Shown piece by piece: positions 33,312 to 39,508 of a stretch of 39,508 nucleotides of DNA. The stretch's first letter is position 1. Every line of letters begins with the position of its first letter. Location of the stretch: IMG/VR virus record IMGVR_UViG_3300012682_000009, positions 1-39,508 of that record; one strand, given 5' to 3'. Under the pieces are notes generated by a model. That model was not told the DNA's origin. It was given only the letters and a program-made list of their open reading frames with translations, and ran no database searches. This DNA comes from a virus (Duplodnaviria > Caudoviricetes). A program made the translations under genes and the position numbers.

Positions 33312-33608
33312 CTAGAGCAGGGATGCCTGCCACAGGTCGTAGCCGCGCAACGCGACGGCGTAGGCGTAGCGGTTCACCGGCTGCTCGTAGAGCGCGTTGA
33401 TCTGCGTGTAGCTTCGCCGGCCGCCGCTGACGAACAGCCGAAAAATCTCATGGATGTTGGTGTGCGTCGTCGGATCGACAAACTCAATATTGTCGTCGGT
33501 GTCCGGCCCACCTAGCGCCGCAGGCCGAACGTGGTGGCGGTTGAGCTCTAGCGGCACGGGCCGGTGCTCGCTGACGCAGGCGCACCGCTGGCCGTGGTCG
33601 TGGGCCAC
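33312..33608 (-). CDS. Small HNH-like nuclease after the holin
   Basis: CACVSEH...HHVRPAALGGPDTDDNIEFVDPTTHTNIH. Confidence 0.7.
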   Translation of the reverse strand: MAHDHGQRCACVSEHRPVPLELNRHHVRPAALGGPDTDDNIEFVDPTTHTNIHEIFRLFVSGGRRSYTQINALYEQPVNRYAYAVALRGYDLWQASLL

Positions 33609-33613
33609 GTCAG

Positions 33614-33664
33614 ATGCAAGTTTCCGGCGCTAAACTTGGATGTACCGCCACACGATCCAAGTTT
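33614..33664. repeat. Three copies of ATSCAAGTTT in alternating orientation
   Basis: ATGCAAGTTT 33614-33623, AAACTTGGAT 33632-33641, ATCCAAGTTT 33655-33664. Confidence 0.75.
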
Positions 33665-33674
33665 GCTTGATACA

Positions 33675-33941
33675 TCAGATGACGCCGACCACGGCCAGGA
33701 TGACGAAGATGAGCAGGACGACGAGCAGCACGTAGACAAGATCGACCTCGCCGGCGTCGTCCTCAACCCCGGCGGGTGCTTTGAGGTAGCCCGCGGCGAA
33801 CGCCAGCAGGGCGGTGAGCGCTGCCGCTACGGCGGGCGGGGCTTCGACCCCAGCGGAGTCCAAGCCCCACACGGCGAGGCTCGCCACGGCGCCACCGAGG
33901 GCGGCGGCGGTCACCTTAGGCACCGGCCGATAGCTGCTCAT
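33675..33941 (-). CDS. Holin
   Basis: 88 aa, PVPKVTAAALGG...AAGYLK plus a third hydrophobic segment; follows endolysin. Confidence 0.8.
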   Translation of the reverse strand: MSSYRPVPKVTAAALGGAVASLAVWGLDSAGVEAPPAVAAALTALLAFAAGYLKAPAGVEDDAGEVDLVYVLLVVLLIFVILAVVGVI

Positions 33942-34825
33942 GCGGCATCCTTCGGGGTGATCTCAACGCGGGCGTTTTCGATCCGGGCGTCCAACGCGGC
34001 AGCAGCCCCGTCCTTCGCCGCCGCTGTCACCTGCTCAACGGTCAAGTCCCCACCGGCCATCGCGGCCACCGCCGCCCGCAGCCCGGCGATCTCCGCGACA
34101 GCCTGCCGGGATGCTTGCATCCCATGCCACGCTTCAGCCCGCGCCCACAGCATCACCCCGACCGGGGTATCCGCGTACACCTTCCCGGCGGCATCCTTGA
34201 GCCCCATCAGGTTCGGGTACGGACGGCTGAACTCATCGAACAGCCATGTGAGTTTGCGGTCCTGATCGGGGGTCACGTCAGCGATCTCCTCTGTAGGCGG
34301 GTTGGTGAGTAGGTGGCGGGCTCGGTTGCGCATCGCGGGCATGTCGACGCCACGCGGGTCGATCTTGCGGGTCGGCGCCCACTCCTTATGTCCGCAGAGC
34401 GCGTCGGCGGGTAGGTGGCACAGCCGCAGCAGCACGGCGTTCAACTGGTCCCAGGCGTCGAGCTGCGCGGCCGGCCAGACCTCGCCAACACCGTCGTTGT
34501 ACGACTCGACACCGACCGCCTGACTGTTCCCGGTGACACCACGCCACGTCCCGCTACCGGCATGGTTCGCCCGGCCAGCAGCTATGATCCGTACGACCCC
34601 GGCCCGGTTCAGCCCTACCTGCGCGAGCGGGCCGGGTAGGTCCGGGCGGCCGTCACGTAGCAGCCTGTCGACAGCAGCATCCGAGGCGTTGCGCCCGGTC
34701 GCTGTGTGGTGCGCGAGGACCGCGCCGACCTGACCGAGATCCGGCCCACGACCCTGCCAGCCGTCGACCTCGAAAACATGCAGGCCGGCACGCCGGCACT
34801 CATCGGCGAGGGTCACCAGGCGCAT
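33938..34825 (-). CDS. Endolysin, N-acetylmuramoyl-L-alanine amidase (Amidase_2)
   Basis: ATG 34825 after GGAGGA; AHHTA, GRPDLPGPL, AAGRANHAG, GVE, GHKEW...KIDP. Confidence 0.92.
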   Translation of the reverse strand: MRLVTLADECRRAGLHVFEVDGWQGRGPDLGQVGAVLAHHTATGRNASDAAVDRLLRDGRPDLPGPLAQVGLNRAGVVRIIAAGRANHAGSGTWRGVTGNSQAVGVESYNDGVGEVWPAAQLDAWDQLNAVLLRLCHLPADALCGHKEWAPTRKIDPRGVDMPAMRNRARHLLTNPPTEEIADVTPDQDRKLTWLFDEFSRPYPNLMGLKDAAGKVYADTPVGVMLWARAEAWHGMQASRQAVAEIAGLRAAVAAMAGGDLTVEQVTAAAKDGAAAALDARIENARVEITPKDAA

Positions 34826-34838
34826 GAGCGTCCTCCGG

Positions 34839-35246
34839 TCATCGGGCCGAACAGATCGGCAGGGGAAGGATGCGAACCGCCCGGTAAGCCTCGATGCGGG
34901 CCTCACGTAGCTCGGCGTCCGGGTTGGTCCGTTCGAGGTCGGCGAGCGCGTCCTGCTGCTGGTTGAACTTGGTGAGGATCGCCAGCCCGCTCAGACAGGA
35001 TGCTTCCTGGGTAGCGGTGATCCGGTCGTTGCTCGTGTTGATCCGGTCGGTGCTGATCTCGTTGCGCCACGCGAGGAGCAGGGAGGCGAACAGCACGAAG
35101 ACAGCTAGCACCCAGAGCCGTCGCCGTGCCATGTCGGCTTTGTGCTGGGCCGTGATGCTGCGCTTCTCGTTGCATTGGACGACCTCGGCGAGCGCCCCCA
35201 GGTCGTAGTACCAGCGTTCGGCTTCGTCGTGCATCCGGTCGCTCAC
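34839..35246 (-). CDS. Lysis-cassette single-pass membrane protein (paralogue 3)
   Basis: LWVLAVFVLFASLLLAW-RNEISTDRI...TQEASC...QQDAL...ARIEAY...PLPIC. Confidence 0.75.
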   Translation of the reverse strand: MSDRMHDEAERWYYDLGALAEVVQCNEKRSITAQHKADMARRRLWVLAVFVLFASLLLAWRNEISTDRINTSNDRITATQEASCLSGLAILTKFNQQQDALADLERTNPDAELREARIEAYRAVRILPLPICSAR

Positions 35247-35671
35247 CGGAGCGGGTCGCAAACCGGCAACGGATCTATGCGCCCCGCCTCGTATGCGCGG
35301 ATGCGGGCTGCCTGCGTGGTCGGATCTACGTCCGGGTTGGCCTGCTCGATGGCGATGAGCGCGTCCTGCTGGGCGTTGTACTTGGCGAGGATCTCGCGCC
35401 CGCTCTCACACGCAGCCTGCTGCGTCATGATGATCCGGGCGGCGTTCGCGCTGATCTGGTCCGAGTTGATCTCGCTGCGGATCGACAGGAGGACGAAGGC
35501 CGCGAAAATGAAGGCGGCCAGGGCTAAGGTCTGGTTCTTGCCGAGGTATGGGGAGGACTCGCCGCGGGCACCTGTTTTGCCGGTCGCGCCCGTCTTGCCC
35601 TGGACCCCGGCGTTGCCCTGAATCCCACGCCCACCCGAGCCGTCATGCCCGTGCTCACCGTGGCTGCTCAT
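35243..35671 (-). CDS. Lysis-cassette membrane protein with N-terminal collagen repeats (paralogue 2)
   Basis: Gly-X-Y run, SPYLGKNQTL, TM helix, RSEINSDQI...TQQAAC...QQDAL...ARIRAY...PLPVC. Confidence 0.78.
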   Translation of the reverse strand: MSSHGEHGHDGSGGRGIQGNAGVQGKTGATGKTGARGESSPYLGKNQTLALAAFIFAAFVLLSIRSEINSDQISANAARIIMTQQAACESGREILAKYNAQQDALIAIEQANPDVDPTTQAARIRAYEAGRIDPLPVCDPLR

Positions 35672-35997
35672 CGGAGCCCGTCGCAGTCCGCCGGCTCAGT
35701 TTTAATCTCGGCCCGCTCGGCGCAAGCCTGGAAGACATCCTGCTCGATGCGGTCGGTGATTATCTCAGTCCGGTAGGCGAGGAGCACGAACGCGACGACG
35801 ATGAACGCGAAGATGACGAGAGTCTGATTGCGCCCCAAGTAGGGCGAGGTTGGCCCTGTCCTACCGATCGGGCCGGACGGGCCGACCGCGCCGGTACTGC
35901 CCTTGTCGCCTTTCTCGCCGTGCTGCCCGTGATCACCTTTCTGGCCGCGCTCTCCGGTCACACCCCGATCGCCGGACTCACCCCGCTCACCTGTCAC
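35668..35997 (-). CDS. Lysis-cassette membrane protein with N-terminal collagen repeats (paralogue 1)
   Basis: 16 Gly-X-Y triplets, SPYLGRNQTL, TM helix, RTEIITDRI, two Cys. Confidence 0.78.
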   Translation of the reverse strand: MTGERGESGDRGVTGERGQKGDHGQHGEKGDKGSTGAVGPSGPIGRTGPTSPYLGRNQTLVIFAFIVVAFVLLAYRTEIITDRIEQDVFQACAERAEIKTEPADCDGLR

Positions 35998-36116
35998 AAC
36001 ACACCCCGTATCTCAAGTATCTGCAGGACCAGCACAAGGGTCAGGACGACGAGCATGTAGCGCAACGTCCAGCGGTGCCGGCAGCACCAGAGGGCAGCGT
36101 CACTCTCGCCGGTCAC
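35994..36116 (-). CDS. Small membrane protein (40 aa)
   Basis: GTG 36116; WTLRYMLVVLTLVLVLQILEIRGVL; GTGA overlaps both sides. Confidence 0.6.
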   Translation of the reverse strand: MTGESDAALWCCRHRWTLRYMLVVLTLVLVLQILEIRGVL

Positions 36117-36292
36117 TTTTCGGCGTCCTTCTCGTCCTTGCCCAGGAAAGCCGGCAAACCCATCATGCCTCCTAGCAAGAGCAGTAACGTCGGGCGCTCG
36201 CCTTTGCTGACCAGCAACTCGTGCCCAGCCCCAAGCAGCCCGGCAACAAAGAGCACGGTGTTCCGTGCGATCTTCACAACGGGCTTCCTCAC
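36113..36292 (-). CDS. Two-helix holin-like membrane protein (59 aa)
   Basis: Below ORF-track cutoff: RNTVLFVAGLLGAGHELLVSKGERPTLLLLLGGMMGLPAFLGKDEKDAEK. Confidence 0.6.
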   Translation of the reverse strand: MRKPVVKIARNTVLFVAGLLGAGHELLVSKGERPTLLLLLGGMMGLPAFLGKDEKDAEK

Positions 36293-36384
36293 GGGTGCTC
36301 ACGCGACCAGGCATTCACGTCTCAGCTCCTCACGCACGTTTGTCGATGAGTTGACGGGTACGGGACGTGCGCTAGCCCCGACTA

Positions 36385-36519
36385 TCAGGCGTCAGGTGCC
36401 TTGTCGGCGAGATGCAGCAGTTCGTCCCGCTCGGCGGTGAGGCGCTCGACCTGCGCGTTCAGGCCCATGACCTGGCCGTACAGGTCCGCGATCAGAGCCA
36501 GGATGGCGGCGGGGTTCAT
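36385..36519 (-). CDS. Small coiled-coil protein (44 aa), possible fibre chaperone
   Basis: MNPAAILALIADLYGQVMGLNAQVERLTAERDELL...; ATGA overlap with tail gene. Confidence 0.6.
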   Translation of the reverse strand: MNPAAILALIADLYGQVMGLNAQVERLTAERDELLHLADKAPDA

Positions 36520-37763
36520 GATGTGGGCTTGATCGCGCCGAGACTGGTCATGACACGTGCCCCGAGATTGTCGATAGTTTCCCGCCAGAACGCCCCGTCA
36601 GGTGAACGCCGAACAATCCCCTTGCTGGCATCGGTCGCGCAGAGCGTGCCGAGCGGCAGAACCTCGGTAACCGGGAGGGAGGCGGCGTTCACATACTCTG
36701 CCAGGCTTGCGGTTTGTGCCGCAGAGAACGGGGCGACTGTTTGTCCGACCCGTCCGTTCGTGGCGGGCGTCACCGCGAACTGCGAACTCAGCGGCGCCGG
36801 TCCGGCGGTTAGCCGGCCCTGTGCCAGAAGGTCGCCGGGCGTGGCCATTGCGAAACCTTCTTGCCGCCACTCAAGTCCGTTTGGCCCGATCAGCAGTTTC
36901 GCCGCCTTGAGGTTTCCGACCAACTCAAGGTCACCGACGCCATTGAGACGCGCCTTGCGGGTCTGCGCGGTCCCGGCGGTTTGCACAGGAGCGGCGTAGA
37001 AGTCGACCACGCCGTCTCCTGCGACGACGCCAGACAGTCCGTCGGTGCCGACTGCCTGGTAAGCGCTACTGACGGTGTCCCAGGCCAGGTTCCGGCCGAC
37101 CAGCACCGTGCCAGGTCCTCCGACGCCGACGCGGGTAGTCTCGGAACCTTCGAGCAGAAGTTGACCGCGTTTCGCAACCTTGAGTCGATTAGTGAAGCCA
37201 TCGACGTCGCGGACGGTAAACTCACTCACCTGAAATGACAAGTCAATGAAGCCGGTATTCCAGTGGGCCGACCATCCCCACGGACGAATCTGCCCGTGGG
37301 TCGGGCTGTCCCACATCGAGTACTGCTCAGACTGGTGGTGCCAGGTGCCGCCCTGGTTCGTCCAGTAGTCAGCCTCGAACAGGATGGCGTTGGTCGGGAC
37401 GGTGGTGTCCTTGCGCTGCCAGCCGATACGGCCGATCGGGTCGAAATGTGACTCCCCGTTACCGGTGAACACCGAACCTGTGTCGGCCCGCGACCGCCAG
37501 GTGCCCGGATGGGTCTCCGTCGTGACCTCATAGACGTCGACACCCACTCCGGCAGTCGCAGTACCGCCGACCAGCGCTCGCACTTTCGGCACATAGGTGG
37601 CACTAGCGGACGTCCTTGCCTCCGTGACAGCGGCCGTCTGCACCTCCGTGTCGGTCGCGGTCCCTTTCTGCGTCAAAAACTTGACGATGTCCGCGACGTC
37701 CGGGCCGGGGGTGCCGGTCTTGGGTGTGAACGGGCCGTCGGGCAGTGGGACAGTGACCGGCAT
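36516..37763 (-). CDS. Minor tail / receptor-binding fibre protein (415 aa)
   Basis: ATG 37763 after GGGAG; beta-rich; C-terminal GIVRRSPDGAFWRETIDNLG fibre-type motif; last large tail gene. Confidence 0.65.
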   Translation of the reverse strand: MPVTVPLPDGPFTPKTGTPGPDVADIVKFLTQKGTATDTEVQTAAVTEARTSASATYVPKVRALVGGTATAGVGVDVYEVTTETHPGTWRSRADTGSVFTGNGESHFDPIGRIGWQRKDTTVPTNAILFEADYWTNQGGTWHHQSEQYSMWDSPTHGQIRPWGWSAHWNTGFIDLSFQVSEFTVRDVDGFTNRLKVAKRGQLLLEGSETTRVGVGGPGTVLVGRNLAWDTVSSAYQAVGTDGLSGVVAGDGVVDFYAAPVQTAGTAQTRKARLNGVGDLELVGNLKAAKLLIGPNGLEWRQEGFAMATPGDLLAQGRLTAGPAPLSSQFAVTPATNGRVGQTVAPFSAAQTASLAEYVNAASLPVTEVLPLGTLCATDASKGIVRRSPDGAFWRETIDNLGARVMTSLGAIKPTS

Positions 37764-37797
37764 CAGGGCTCCCTCGTTACGGTCGGGCGGGCGGTGA

Positions 37798-38892
37798 TCA
37801 TGGGGTGCGGCGTTCCAGCACAGCGAGCCGGGCGTCGGTCTTACGTAGCCGGGACGCGAACTGCCCGGCTGGGTTCGGATGGCCGACCGTGACCCGCACG
37901 GTCTCCTGACCGTCCTCACCTGGCGTGAAGTTGATCGCCTCGACACGCAGCCGGTCGGCGATGTTCAGCCGGCCCGACCGGACCCGGACGATGACGCTGT
38001 CCCCGACCCACAGTTCTTCTGTGCCCGGGTAACGGTCGGCGGCCAAAGTGAGGGTGTAGGAGGGGCGCAAAACCTGCGCGTCGGCGAGCAGGGCGTCAGC
38101 GCGGGCACTGAGCGTCCCCGACTCGTAGATGTCCGGGAAGCCACGCTCCAACTCGAAGCGGCCTTCGGGGCGCACCCCGATGTTGGTGGCCTCCCGGTAC
38201 TGCGGGGCCTGCGGGTTCACGGCTGCGACCGCCCGGACAGAGTTCGCATAATCCGACGGACTGAAAGCCCTACTGACCGTGGTGACCATCCCACCGAAGT
38301 CGAGGACGACATCGGTGTCTCGGCCGCGCTGCGGGGTGAACACGTTCAGCCGTAGTTGCGGGTCGATCTCCCAGTCGAAACCGTCCGCGAGATCCCCGAG
38401 GCCGTTGATGGCTTCACCGATCGGGGTGCCACCGGGGTAGAAGCGGTCCCGCAGGTAGCCGGTGGTCTGCCCGGTCCCACGGGTGACCCCAAGACTGCCG
38501 CCGGCCTTCGCCTGCGTGGCCTGCACGACCTGCCAGGCGATCGACGCCTGATCCTCACCCGGGTAGGTGAGCTTGTCGGTGTCGTGCAGGAACCGCCGGT
38601 CGAGTAGAGCCCGGTAGTCGGGGGCGTTGAACGTGCAGGCGTGCGCGTCCGAGGTGATCTCGTCGGTGCTCGCCCCGACCCGGCCGCGGTGGAGCAGCTC
38701 CTGGCCGCGCCAACACCAAAGGTCCGTCGTCAACTCAACAATGCCGGCGGCCTGCTCGTGACGGCCGTCGAGGTTGAAGCTCGCGTCGGACGGCTGGCCG
38801 ACCCGGACGGTGACCTGCCGGCCGGTCGCGGCGGTCAGTTCAGTATCAGGGCCGTCGGTGCGCGGACCGGTGAGGAACTTCCATGCAAGCAC
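37798..38892 (-). CDS. Minor tail protein (siphovirus gp37/Tal-like hub)
   Basis: DLWCWRGQELLHRGRV...GFDWEID...QRGRD...DYANSV...LWVGDSV...RLAVLERR. Confidence 0.8.
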   Translation of the reverse strand: MLAWKFLTGPRTDGPDTELTAATGRQVTVRVGQPSDASFNLDGRHEQAAGIVELTTDLWCWRGQELLHRGRVGASTDEITSDAHACTFNAPDYRALLDRRFLHDTDKLTYPGEDQASIAWQVVQATQAKAGGSLGVTRGTGQTTGYLRDRFYPGGTPIGEAINGLGDLADGFDWEIDPQLRLNVFTPQRGRDTDVVLDFGGMVTTVSRAFSPSDYANSVRAVAAVNPQAPQYREATNIGVRPEGRFELERGFPDIYESGTLSARADALLADAQVLRPSYTLTLAADRYPGTEELWVGDSVIVRVRSGRLNIADRLRVEAINFTPGEDGQETVRVTVGHPNPAGQFASRLRKTDARLAVLERRTP

Positions 38893-39251
38893 TAGCGTGT
38901 GGTCGGGCGACCAGCGACGGCGCTGTCCGAACCGACACCGAGCAGCGCGGCGGCCAACTTCTTCACCGACGCCGACACCTGCGGGTCGTCGTGGACAGAC
39001 TGGATGCGGGCGGTCAGCGCGTCCGACGGGTCAGGCTGCGGCGCGGGCAGCGGGACGACCGTGTAGACCGCAACGACCCGGTCAGACTGCACCTCGAATG
39101 TTGGCAGGCCGGCGGCGTGCGTGTCCGGATCGAACTCGGGCTGCTCGTCGTGGAGCGGTAGCCAGCCCTCCATCTCCTCGCGCGCTGCCGTGCCGCCGTA
39201 GTCAAGGGCGACGACCCTACCGTTCTCAACCTTAGCCGACCACTGCATCAC
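38892..39251 (-). CDS. Hypothetical tail-module protein
   Basis: 119 aa, GWLPL...QPEFDPDTH; coupled to neighbours. Confidence 0.65.
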   Translation of the reverse strand: MMQWSAKVENGRVVALDYGGTAAREEMEGWLPLHDEQPEFDPDTHAAGLPTFEVQSDRVVAVYTVVPLPAPQPDPSDALTARIQSVHDDPQVSASVKKLAAALLGVGSDSAVAGRPTTR

Positions 39252-39508
39252 GCCGCCCCTATGTCTTGGATGAGGATGTACGTCGGGTGCTGACTCGTCG
39301 CTGGGACCGTCTTATCCAAAGTGTCTCCGTCCGTTCGGATCGCGGCCGCGTGGTAGGTGTGAGCACCCGCCGTAGGGGTCACGACGACGCTCGCCGATAG
39401 TTCCTGGGACAGGACGGGCGTCAGCCGGCGCTGCCGTTCCTGCAACGTGACGGTCCCTTCTTTGATACGCAGGGCGATCCCGGCGCCCTCATTCACAGAC
39501 GTCCAGAA
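39248..39508 (-). CDS. Minor tail protein, C-terminal fragment (5'-truncated)
   Basis: Frame open to window edge; ends TPTAGAHTY...PTYILIQDIGAA. Confidence 0.65.
   Translation of the reverse strand, partial: FWTSVNEGAGIALRIKEGTVTLQERQRRLTPVLSQELSASVVVTPTAGAHTYHAAAIRTDGDTLDKTVPATSQHPTYILIQDIGAA

Noticed and set aside
1-39508. tRNA, tmRNA or rRNA genes
   Set aside because: No convincing T-arm GTTCRANYC within a cloverleaf seen by eye in intergenic space; tRNAscan-SE/ARAGORN would be decisive.

Overview
High-GC, nearly complete temperate siphovirus of Actinomycetota, read almost entirely on the minus strand. The window is circularly permuted and in the unintegrated configuration, with no recognisable host genes. 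In transcription order from the right end: minor tail proteins, a membrane-protein-rich lysis cassette with an amidase endolysin, integrase/repressor/Cro switch, small early genes, exonuclease, SSB, Prim-Pol, helicase with origin-like repeats, resolvase, HNH, terminases, portal, head, neck, major tail, frameshifted tail chaperones and a truncated tape measure gene. Most notable: (1) an HNH cassette flanked by two copies of the integrase 3' end, the working copy being synonymously recoded; (2) a repressor/integrase pair resembling integration-dependent immunity; (3) three tandem paralogous membrane proteins before the endolysin, two with collagen repeats; (4) two leaderless RHH-containing counter-strand operons; (5) structured intergenic elements; (6) an internally deleted Dam-type methyltransferase remnant. 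All family calls come from motif recognition and synteny; no database searches were run.
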